A model generated the notes under the pieces. The model did not search any database. It was not told the DNA's origin and saw only the letters and a program-made list of their open reading frames with translations. DNA of 51,047 nt from Clostridium sp. GTDB lineage: Bacteria; Bacillota; Clostridia; Lachnospirales; Lachnospiraceae. Each line of letters opens with the position of its first letter. Within the stretch, counting starts at the first letter, position 1. The position numbers were made by a program, and so were the translations under genes. Shown piece by piece: positions 37,930-46,273 of the stretch. The DNA lies in NCBI GenBank assembly GCA_016302185.1, contig JAEDOC010000001.1, positions 1-51,047 of the forward strand, written 5' to 3'.

Positions 37930-39459
37930 ATGTTACATGATTATCTGGAAAAGCCAATTCGAAATAAATTAAATATCCTTTATGTTATACATACGCGGAA
38001 TTCTGTTACCAGCAGAGAGTTGAGCGAAATATTGCACTTAAGTATGGCGGGGATTACTCTGTTGATCACTGAAATCAATGCAGAAATAATCAATCATGCA
38101 GAAATAGTGAATGCGATGTCTAATTTATCAATACACTATAAAAAGGATAATAATCTTACGTCATTAGTACACATAATATGCAAAAATTCAAATATCCTGA
38201 TGTGCATGAAGTTTTATATTACCAATAAGAGAAATCGGGCATTTTCAGATTTTTATGAGCAATATTTTATCAGTACGGCAAATGCATATCGAATCAGACA
38301 ATCCTGCAAAGAGTATCTAAAATCGATTGATTTGGATATTGACCAAAATAAGATATGCGGTGAGGAGTACAGAATTCGTTTTTTGATTGCTCTTTTGTAT
38401 TATAAGTATGGTGTGAATTGCTGTGATATTAATGAGCATGATATTTCATTAATACGAAGGTATGTTTTGTCGACAAATAAGCTCATCGATATGGATTACC
38501 TTCAGCGGATGCAGAATGAGTATAATTATTTCGAATATTTGTTTATTCTTGCGTGGAAACGGAAAGAATATGACGTTCCAATCCCTCAAAATAATCATTT
38601 TGAAAAGCTAAAAGAAATATTTATATATGACAAAATGAAAACGACGATTAAAAGGAAACTGGAACCGTCGCTTGGAATCAGATTTTCTGAAAATGATTTT
38701 GACTATTTATATCTGGTATATTGCTGCACCAATTCCTGCCTCTTTGCAGAACAGTGGACGCAGGAAGAGATTTTAAAAGTACATGAATTGGTTTATTCGG
38801 ATCCGTTATTTCAAAATCTGATGGAATACGTAAAAGATATGCTGGGAGAGGAGATCCAGGCTTCCCATCCAATCAGAACAACATTCATTTATTTTTATAA
38901 AAAGACGTTGCAGGGACTGTGCTGCCTGATTCCGGATGAACACTTTTATATGGATTCGCACAAGAATCGCTCTACCCAGCTTCTGTATCAAGCGCTTTCT
39001 GATATTATCGGAAGATGGAAAACAGAAAATGGATTGAACAATGCGATTGACCGAACACATATTTATTACCTTACCTTACAGATTGAATTCATTCTTCGTC
39101 AAAGGGCTGCAAAGGTAGCGATGTATGTAATCTCTGATCAAAATGCCGAACTGGAAGTGATGCAGTTGACGATGGAGTATTTTTTTTCATCCAGATGTTC
39201 CGAAATCAAACCTTTGCTGGTTAATGTACAGGATGTTTCATTTTTATATTCGCAAAAGAATTGTGTTATCGTTTTGGAAAAAAAGTTTGAAAACCTGGTG
39301 CGCTCACATATGAAAGAGAACGGAAATAACAGAATCATTCCGATCACTGTAGAAATGGGAAAAAGAGAGCTTCAGGCAATTGATAACGCCATTTGTGAAT
39401 ATGAAGAAGTTATTTTCAGTCAATTTCTGAATTCGATGATATCCCCTTCCGATTGTTAG
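37930..39459 (+). CDS. RofA-like (RALP, Mga superfamily) transcriptional regulator, AT-rich
   Basis: 509 aa; N-terminal HTH region; motifs AYRIR, NKICGEEYRIRFLIALLYYKYG, LAWKR, DFDYLYLVY, QWT match my recollection of streptococcal RofA/Nra/RlrA. Confidence 0.8.
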   Translation: MLHDYLEKPIRNKLNILYVIHTRNSVTSRELSEILHLSMAGITLLITEINAEIINHAEIVNAMSNLSIHYKKDNNLTSLVHIICKNSNILMCMKFYITNKRNRAFSDFYEQYFISTANAYRIRQSCKEYLKSIDLDIDQNKICGEEYRIRFLIALLYYKYGVNCCDINEHDISLIRRYVLSTNKLIDMDYLQRMQNEYNYFEYLFILAWKRKEYDVPIPQNNHFEKLKEIFIYDKMKTTIKRKLEPSLGIRFSENDFDYLYLVYCCTNSCLFAEQWTQEEILKVHELVYSDPLFQNLMEYVKDMLGEEIQASHPIRTTFIYFYKKTLQGLCCLIPDEHFYMDSHKNRSTQLLYQALSDIIGRWKTENGLNNAIDRTHIYYLTLQIEFILRQRAAKVAMYVISDQNAELEVMQLTMEYFFSSRCSEIKPLLVNVQDVSFLYSQKNCVIVLEKKFENLVRSHMKENGNNRIIPITVEMGKRELQAIDNAICEYEEVIFSQFLNSMISPSDC

Positions 39460-39464
39460 GTTTC

Positions 39465-39510
39465 AAAACCTGCAAGTGAAATGCGTATCGCATTTTGCTT
39501 GCAGGTTTTT
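39465..39510 (+). terminator. Terminator after the RALP gene
   Basis: AAAACCTGCAAGTGAAATGCG-tat-CGCATTTTGCTTGCAGGTTTTT. Confidence 0.85.
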
Positions 39511-39712
39511 CTCATCTTTTATGATTTCTCTCCGTGTTTTCAGAGAAAACATTGGCAGATAGATGTGTTACAGTATCTATGCTGTGGTCAGAAAAAAGTC
39601 TCCGAGTCGGTCAGGAAGGCAATTGTTATTGATAATGTATTGAAATGATGGTGAGATCAAAAATGTTTTGTTCTCTACATTATTATAAATTGAAAGAAAA
39701 GAGGATGATTAA

Positions 39713-40138
39713 ATGATGAAGAAAAGAGAGTTTGCTGCTATGCTTATGTTAGCATTGAGCATGGGAATGACTGTTGGATGTTCCGCAAAAACGGAACCGA
39801 ACGCAACGTCAAGTGTAGAGCAGAGCACTGCTTCGGAGAAGCATGAAGAGGAAGATAAAGCAGCGGAAGTAACCGAAGCAACGGAAGCAACCGAAGCATC
39901 TGAAGAATCCGAAGCAGCAGAGGAAGTGCTTCAGTTGGAAGGAACCATGGAGGAAATAAAGGATTTTATGTTTGTGGTAACCGAAAGCAGCGGCGCAAGC
40001 TATGCATTTTCGTTTGAGGAAAAACCCAATGGACTGGATAAGGTAAAGGTTGGGGATAATGTAACGGTAAGCTATACCGGAACCGTATCAGAGATTGATC
40101 CGTTTGTCGGAGAAGTTCTTTCTGTTGAAAAGAAATAA
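39713..40138 (+). CDS. Small lipoprotein with acidic linker and OB-fold-like C-terminal domain
   Basis: Lipobox TVGC; E/A/T-rich spacer; VKVGDNVTVSYTG beta-barrel-like motif. Confidence 0.8.
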   Translation: MMKKREFAAMLMLALSMGMTVGCSAKTEPNATSSVEQSTASEKHEEEDKAAEVTEATEATEASEESEAAEEVLQLEGTMEEIKDFMFVVTESSGASYAFSFEEKPNGLDKVKVGDNVTVSYTGTVSEIDPFVGEVLSVEKK

Positions 40139-40152
40139 TAATATAATATTTG

Positions 40153-40184
40153 AAAAGGAACTTCTTTCGAGGAGTTCCTTTTTT
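40153..40184 (+). terminator. Terminator after the lipoprotein gene
   Basis: AAAAGGAACTTCT-ttcg-AGGAGTTCCTTTTTT. Confidence 0.85.
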
Positions 40185-40229
40185 CAGGCTTTTCTTTGAT
40201 TAGCGGTCAACCGTTTTGCTTCAGCTTCG

Positions 40230-40258
40230 TTGCAATTACAATGGAAATCAATTATAAT
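40230..40258 (+). promoter_or_regulatory. sigmaA promoter of the sirtuin-like gene
   Basis: TTGCAA-17 bp-TATAAT. Confidence 0.7.
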
Positions 40259-40331
40259 AATATCAGGAAAATTGCGGTTTTGCTTTTGAGGGAAAAAAGT
40301 ATCGCTTGGAGAAAAACGGGAGGGAGAAGTT

Positions 40332-41063
40332 ATGGAGAATGATATTATCCGGTTAAAACAGATTTTGGACAAAAGTAATTATACGGTTGCGCTCTGTGGG
40401 TCCGGCATTATGGCCGAGGGTGGATTTATCGGCATCAAAAAGCCGGAACGGGCGTATGAAATCGAGAAAACCTACGGTTCATCTCCAGAGGAGATTTTCT
40501 CCAGTGCTTATTATAATACACGACCGGCAAAGTTTTTTGAATTCTATGAGAAAGAGATGCTGAGTCAGATTCCCGAACCGGGGCCAACCAGTGTACATCT
40601 GGCTTCCATGGAGCGGGCCGGACGCCTGCAATGCATCATCAGCGCCAATATCTTTGAGCAGGAGAGAAGGGGCGGCTGTGAGAATGTGATCGATCTTCAT
40701 GGAAGTGTATTTAAAAACCGCTGTCCGCACTGCGGGGAATACTATTCCCTGGAGGATATGAGACAGGGCGGCTCGATTCCGCAGTGCCGGATCTGCCATT
40801 CGGTGATTCGTCCGCTGGTTTCCCTGTTCGGTGAGATGGTGGACAGCCGGATCATGACACGGACGACGGAAGAGATTGGGAAGGCAGAGGTTCTGCTGCT
40901 TCTGGACACCAGCCTGCAGTCGGAGGTATTTTCCAGCTACATCCGATATTATACCGGTAAAAACCTGGTGATTATTCATAAGGAACCCTATTACTCTGAT
41001 CAGAATGCGGATCTGGTGCTTCTGGAGAAACCGTCGGTTGTTCTGGAACAGCTGGGATATTAA
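40332..41063 (+). CDS. Sir2/CobB-family protein with non-canonical motifs
   Basis: Sirtuin layout: P..FFEFY, LHGS, CPHC...CRIC zinc site, IRP.V.LFGE; NAD-binding motifs are diverged. Confidence 0.85.
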   Translation: MENDIIRLKQILDKSNYTVALCGSGIMAEGGFIGIKKPERAYEIEKTYGSSPEEIFSSAYYNTRPAKFFEFYEKEMLSQIPEPGPTSVHLASMERAGRLQCIISANIFEQERRGGCENVIDLHGSVFKNRCPHCGEYYSLEDMRQGGSIPQCRICHSVIRPLVSLFGEMVDSRIMTRTTEEIGKAEVLLLLDTSLQSEVFSSYIRYYTGKNLVIIHKEPYYSDQNADLVLLEKPSVVLEQLGY

Positions 41064-41159
41064 CAAAATTGACATTAAATAAAAGAAAAGAGCGGCTTTT
41101 ACTTGCGGCCCGTTTATTGTATAATGGTGGAAACCGGATAGGGAAGGGGATGAATCATT

Positions 41160-41792
41160 ATGAGAAATAAATGGTCGGTTGCGGTAATAGCCGCTCTTGT
41201 TTTGTCTGTCTGTGTGGGCTGCGGCGAAGCTCAGCCGAAGGAAGAAGCGAAGACGGCTGCTGCGGCGGAAATGACGTCTGCGACAGAGAAGACGGCAGAA
41301 CAGACAGCGGAGCAGAAGGAGCGCCCCAGAGGCCCGTTTGAAGAATTTACTGCCGCGGATTTCGAGGGAAATCCGGTTTCGGAGGACATTTTTAAAGAAT
41401 ATGATTTGACGATGATCAATATCTGGGCTACCTTCTGCGGCCCCTGTATCAATGAGATGCCGGATCTGGGAAAATTGAATGAAGAGTGGAAGGAAAAGGG
41501 AGTTCAGGTGGTTGGCATCTGTTCTGATTTAGTGGATTATGATGGTGCACTGGTGGAAGAACAGCTGGAGACGGCAAAGGAGATTGTAGAGGAAACCGGT
41601 GCGTCGTATCTGCATCTCAACCCGGAGGGAGATCTGGCAAGGCGCCTTCTACCGCAGATATCTGTGGTTCCCACCACTGTGTTTGTGGACAGCGAGGGAA
41701 GACAGGTGACCTCCACGGTCAGAGGTTCGAAGAGCCTGGAGGAATGGGAAACCATCATTGAGAAATTATTGGAAAAACAGAAAGATTCGTGA
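41160..41792 (+). CDS. TlpA/ResA-family thiol-disulfide oxidoreductase lipoprotein
   Basis: Lipobox CVGC; INIWATFCGPCINEMP; VPTTVFVD. Confidence 0.92.
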   Translation: MRNKWSVAVIAALVLSVCVGCGEAQPKEEAKTAAAAEMTSATEKTAEQTAEQKERPRGPFEEFTAADFEGNPVSEDIFKEYDLTMINIWATFCGPCINEMPDLGKLNEEWKEKGVQVVGICSDLVDYDGALVEEQLETAKEIVEETGASYLHLNPEGDLARRLLPQISVVPTTVFVDSEGRQVTSTVRGSKSLEEWETIIEKLLEKQKDS

Positions 41793-41855
41793 TGTAAAAG
41801 GATAAATGAATAGAGAACCCAAAAATAATTTATGAAAGAAGAGGAAGTCTGCCAT

Positions 41856-43042
41856 ATGAATAAAAAAGAAGTATTTGAGGCTATAGAACAGGCCTCCGAC
41901 GCGATCCTTGAAATGAGTGATGCGATCTGGGAGGTGCCGGAGACGGCCTTCCGTGAGACAAAGTCCGCCGGATTTCAGTGTGAGACATTAAAAAAGCTGG
42001 GATTCGAAGTGACGGAGAATCTTGCGGGAATACCCACTGCATTTTCCGGCCGCTGGGGCAGCGGAACGCCGGTGATCGGTATTTTGGGCGAATTTGACGC
42101 TCTGGCCGGATTAAGCCAGAAGGCCTGCAGCGCAGTGAAAGAACCGCTCATCGCGGGAGGTAATGGGCATGGCTGCGGCCACAATCTGCTGGGTGCCGGC
42201 TCCATGGCGGCGGCATACGGAATCAAACAGTATCTGGAGAGCACCGGAAAAGAGGGAACGGTGATTTATTTTGGCTGTCCGGGAGAAGAGGGCGGTTCCG
42301 GCAAGGCATTTATGGCCCGGGACGGCGTCTTTGATGAGCTGGATTTTGCCCTGACCTGGCATCCCATGGACTATACCTGCGCCTGGTATGAGAGCAGTCT
42401 GGCCAATTATCAGGTCAATTATAAATTTAAGGGAATCAGCTCCCACGCCGCTGCAGCTCCCCACCTGGGGCGCAGTGCGCTGGATGCTGTGGAGCTGATG
42501 AATATCGGTGTGCAGTTTCTGCGGGAACATGTGATTCCGGAGGTGCGGATGCACTATGCAATCACCAATACCGGCGGTTTTTCCCCAAATGTGGTACAGT
42601 CCGAGGCGGAGGTCCTGTATCCGATCCGCTGGCTCCCATGCTTCGTCTGATGCCTTCGGAAGAGGCGAAAAAGGTCAGAGAGAAGGTGGATGGTCCGATT
42701 CTCAACTTTGTGATCCCGCGGATCCATGCCAATTCTGTTCTTCCCGGCTCCACTGATGTGGGAGACGTCAGCTGGGTCTGCCCTACCGCGCAGCTGACAG
42801 CCGCAGCCTGGGCTGCCGGTACACCGGCACATTCCTGGCAGGCTGTTTCTCAGGGCAAGGGAAGCATCGCTCACAAGGAGCTTCTCTATGCGGCAAAGGT
42901 GCTGGCCGGTACCGCCATCGATCTCATCAACCATCCGGAGCAGATCGCCGAGGCGAAAGAAGAGCTGGCGGAGAAGCTGGATCATAAGCCATTCGTGTCA
43001 CCGATTCCCAAAGAGGTGAAGCCGAAGGCGATAGGGATGTAA
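41856..43042 (+). pseudogene. AbgB-like M20 amidohydrolase, split by an internal deletion and frameshift near 42621
   Basis: First ORF carries GEFDALAGL, GHGCGHNL, PGEEGG, WHP, SHAA..PHLGRSALDA. Second ORF in another frame carries GSTDVGDVSW...HSWQ. The segment normally between them is absent. Confidence 0.85.
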
Positions 43043-43065
43043 TTGGGAAAAATTGGGATATGGAC

Positions 43066-43105
43066 GCAGAAACAGTCCGCTGCCCGGCCTCCGGACCGTT
43101 TCTGC
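43066..43105 (+). terminator. Hairpin after the amidohydrolase gene
   Basis: GCAGAAAC-a-GTCCG...CGGAC-c-GTTTCTGC; weak U-tract. Confidence 0.5.
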
Positions 43106-43264
43106 TGTCTATCGACAAAAGAAGGAAAGAATGATTTTTATAAATCAACACAATTTACAGAACGTGTTGTTCAATCATAAAAAATGACCTCGTATAATTG
43201 GCTTATCAGATGAGGTAGATGCACACTGCTTCCCTGAAAAAACAATTATGGAGGTTCTTTTTAT

Positions 43265-43621
43265 ATGAATACAGATAAGATTTTTGCAGAGGCGATAGCA
43301 AACGAATATGCACCAAAGGACACATCAAAGGTTGTTGCGTTAAGAAAGCTGGATAACAAGGCGAAACTGCCATCAGAGATTTTTACTTATACGTTTGGTA
43401 TTGTATCATCATTAATTATGGGAGCAGGTATGTGCCTTTCCATGAAGGTGATCGGTTCAGGAACTACAGCTTCTATGGTAATCGGAATTTTCGTTGGAAT
43501 CATTGGTCTTGTACTTATGGGGATCAACTATCCGATTTACAGGAAAATGCGTGAAAAGGGCAAGCAAAAATATGCATTTGAAATTATGCAGCTCGCAAAA
43601 GAAATAAGTGATAAGCAGTAA
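43265..43621 (+). CDS. Small 2-TM membrane protein of unknown function
   Basis: EYAPKDTSKVVALRKLD..AK.P, two TM helices, NYPIY; GGAGG RBS. Confidence 0.85.
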   Translation: MNTDKIFAEAIANEYAPKDTSKVVALRKLDNKAKLPSEIFTYTFGIVSSLIMGAGMCLSMKVIGSGTTASMVIGIFVGIIGLVLMGINYPIYRKMREKGKQKYAFEIMQLAKEISDKQ

Positions 43622-43643
43622 ATAAATTAAGGGAGGTGGACTT

Positions 43644-44228
43644 TTGAATAAGTCAGAGAGCAAATATTTTAATACTGCTATAAAAATGGATGAAGCTTTT
43701 ATGGAGCTTTTGGAAGAAAAAGATTTTGAATATATATCAGTAAAGGAAATATGTGAAAGGGCCGGTGTCAATCGTTCCACCTTCTATCTTCATTATGAAA
43801 CTATCGGAGATCTGTTGGAAGAAAGTGTAAGTTACATGAATGAGCGTTTCCTGGAATATTTCAATGGAAACGGTCAGAGTATTGCAGGGAGAATTGATGT
43901 GGCGGATATAAAGGAATTGTATCTGGTAACACCGGATTATCTGAGAGCATATCTGGAATACATAAAGGAACATCAAAGAGTTTTTTTGACTGCTATGAAG
44001 AGAAGCAACGCACTTCGATTAGCTGATACCTATCACAGGATGTTTACACATGTGCTTAGTCCTATCATGGACAGGTTCTCCGTTTCAGAAAAGGAAAAGA
44101 AATATTTATTATCCTTTTACATGAATGGAATAGTGGCAGTTATAAAAACATGGATTTCCGGGAACTGCGAGGATGATATTGATTTTATTGTGAAAATAAT
44201 AAGTGAACGAATTCCTCCAAAGGAGTGA
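43644..44228 (+). CDS. TetR/AcrR family regulator
   Basis: ISVKEICERAGVNRSTFYLHY HTH; TTG start after GGGAGGTG. Confidence 0.92.
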   Translation: MNKSESKYFNTAIKMDEAFMELLEEKDFEYISVKEICERAGVNRSTFYLHYETIGDLLEESVSYMNERFLEYFNGNGQSIAGRIDVADIKELYLVTPDYLRAYLEYIKEHQRVFLTAMKRSNALRLADTYHRMFTHVLSPIMDRFSVSEKEKKYLLSFYMNGIVAVIKTWISGNCEDDIDFIVKIISERIPPKE

Positions 44229-44318
44229 TGACAGATGAGGGCTGCGTTGTATATAGGACAAAAGAATATCGAAATGGCGAATTTACCCGTCCCGGAATGC
44301 TGATATATGACGACACTA

Positions 44319-44347
44319 TTGACATAAAAACAAAAGCGTGCTATTAT
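44319..44347 (+). promoter_or_regulatory. sigmaA promoter of the MarR gene
   Basis: TTGACA-17 bp-TATTAT with TG extension. Confidence 0.7.
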
Positions 44348-44369
44348 TTTGCTGACGGGAGGTGGCAAT

Positions 44370-44792
44370 ATGATAGACCAAAACTCATGTGGTGCCCTGA
44401 TTAAGCAGATACATGATGAATTGGAAAAAAACGCAAATAACGCTATGCGTGTTCATGATATTACAATGGCACAGTGCAGCGCATTGCTGATTCTTAACGG
44501 AGTATCGGAAAAACAAATGGCATTAAAGGAATTGGAGCGCAGGCTTCGAGTTGCGCAATCCACTGCTGCCGGAATTGTGACCCGATTGGAGCAAAAAGGG
44601 CTGGTAGAAGGTTTTGGCAGCCCGGATGACAAACGAATCAAAATGATACGTATTACACAGCAGGGAATCGAATGTTGCCAACGTGCTGAGCAGGATATGG
44701 AGCAAGCAGAAACAATGCTGTTGTCCGGCTTGACTATAACAGAACAAGGTATTTTTCTCAGTCTATTGAAAAAAGTCCGTGATACCTTGTGA
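44370..44792 (+). CDS. MarR family regulator
   Basis: ITMAQ...LKELE...QSTAAGIVTRLEQKGLV...DKR winged HTH; GGAGGTG RBS. Confidence 0.92.
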   Translation: MIDQNSCGALIKQIHDELEKNANNAMRVHDITMAQCSALLILNGVSEKQMALKELERRLRVAQSTAAGIVTRLEQKGLVEGFGSPDDKRIKMIRITQQGIECCQRAEQDMEQAETMLLSGLTITEQGIFLSLLKKVRDTL

Positions 44793-44806
44793 AATAGCCC
44801 GCCTGA

Positions 44807-45454
44807 AAAGAGAATGGATATCGTGTATATACGGATGTTCATGTCAGGCAGTTTGTCTTGGTAAAAAAAGCCCTTCAGATCGAAGTATTGCAGGCAGGAC
44901 TCCGAAAGCGGATGATACGTGCTGTGAAATTGTCAGCGGTTTACCGATGGGAGGAAGCGATCGAGTTAGTTGGGGAGTATATCCGAATCGCAAAGCAGGA
45001 AATGGAACATGCAAAGGAGGCTGCCGGATTATGCGAAACTCTGTATCAGCAACCGGAAAGAGCCGGTGTTTTTTATAAGAGAGCGCAGGCAGCGAAGGAA
45101 TTGGGTTTAACGATTGACACCATCCGGAATTGGGAAATGAATGGACTGCTTACCGTGAAGCGGAAGGAGAACGGCTATCGGGTCTATGATTCCAGTGATA
45201 TGAATCGCTTGAAAATTATCCGTTCACTCCGGTGCGCGAATTATTCGTTAGCTGCTATTTTGCGAATGCTGAACAGGCTGGAAAGCGGAGTGCAGAAAAC
45301 GGAAAAGGATATTCTGACGCTATTGAATACTCCGGAGGATGAGGAGGATATTATCTCCGCGTGCGACCGGTTAATTGATTCCCTTGAAAAAGCCATAGAG
45401 AATGCGTATGAAGTAATCCTGTTAATGGAAGAAATCAAACAAATGAAAATATAA
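44807..45454 (+). pseudogene. 5'-truncated tandem MerR-HTH regulator
   Basis: Frame is open from 44807 (KENGYRVYTDVHVRQF...) after an in-frame TGA at 44804, with no RBS or ATG. The second MerR HTH (AAKELGLTIDTIRNWEMNGLL..RKENGYRVY) is intact. Confidence 0.75.
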
Positions 45455-45464
45455 ACCCTCCACT

Positions 45465-45495
45465 ATAACACCAGACTTTTGTCCGGTGTTATTCT
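45465..45495 (+). promoter_or_regulatory. Dyad: candidate MerR-type promoter/operator (or terminator)
   Basis: ATAACACCAGAC-tttt-GTCCGGTGTTAT; ATAACA-19 bp-TATTCT spacing. Confidence 0.5.
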
Positions 45496-45526
45496 TTTTC
45501 AAGAACGAGTGAAGGAGGAAAATACA

Positions 45527-46273
45527 ATGAATGCACTAGTGGTAAAGACTCTTACAAAAAAGTATGGTGCCAGGACCGCGGTAGACACTCTGAGTTTTCA
45601 GGTAAAGAAAGGGGAGGTATTCGGGTTACTTGGAGCCAATGGTGCAGGGAAAAGCAGCACCATAGAGTGCATCCTGGGAACAAAGAAAATGGATAGCGGA
45701 GAAGTCAGTATATTGGATATGAATCCAGTCAGGGACCGGACCCGGGTATTTGAGCGGGTAGGAGTTCAGTTTCAGGAATCGAAATATCAGGAGCTGGTTA
45801 AGGTGGAAGAGCTTTGTGAGATGACAGCTTCGGTCTATAAGGAGCCGCAAAACTATGAAGATCTGTTAACTGCGTTTGGAATTGCGGATAAGAAGAAGGC
45901 GTATGTAAAAGAGCTGTCCGGGGGAGAGCGTCAGCGATTGTTTCTTGTTCTTGCGCTGATCCCGAATCCGGAGCTGGTATTTTTAGATGAACTTACCACA
46001 GGACTGGATGCGAGAGCAAGAAGAGATGTGTGGAGTATTTTAGAAAAACTGAAGAAACAGGGGTTATCGATTTTGCTTACCTCTCATTCGATGGATGAGG
46101 TTGAGATCCTCTGTGATGAAATATTGATACTGAAAAAAGGAAAAGCGGTGTTCCGGGGAACGGTTGAAGAAGCAAAGTCAGAAAGTGGAAAAAAGCATTT
46201 TGAAGACGCATATCTTTGGTATACAGATGAGGAGGAGAGACATGAAAGCATTTCGAACTTTAGTAAAGAATGA
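45527..46273 (+). CDS. ABC-2 type (DrrA-like) exporter ATPase
   Basis: GANGAGKS, LSGGE, FLDELTTGLD, SH; AAGGAGG RBS. Confidence 0.93.
   Translation: MNALVVKTLTKKYGARTAVDTLSFQVKKGEVFGLLGANGAGKSSTIECILGTKKMDSGEVSILDMNPVRDRTRVFERVGVQFQESKYQELVKVEELCEMTASVYKEPQNYEDLLTAFGIADKKKAYVKELSGGERQRLFLVLALIPNPELVFLDELTTGLDARARRDVWSILEKLKKQGLSILLTSHSMDEVEILCDEILILKKGKAVFRGTVEEAKSESGKKHFEDAYLWYTDEEERHESISNFSKE

Noticed and set aside
40332..41063. SIR2-type anti-phage defence system (Thoeris, DSR, Sir2-HerA)
   Set aside because: The protein has CobB-like size and a zinc module, with no TIR, HerA, pAgo or other defence partner nearby.
42612..42650. Programmed ribosomal frameshift joining the two amidohydrolase ORFs
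   Set aside because: No slippery heptamer is present, and a fused product would still lack about 80 conserved residues.
43160..43172. GAAC-GTGTT-GTTC as a LexA (SOS) box
   Set aside because: The spacer is 5 bp, not the 4 bp of the Firmicute box. No convincing box was seen upstream of the repair genes either.
43265..43621. Enzyme label (dihydropteridine reductase) that I recall being attached to similar small proteins
   Set aside because: At 118 aa with two TM helices and no nitroreductase or Rossmann motifs, the label is unsupported.
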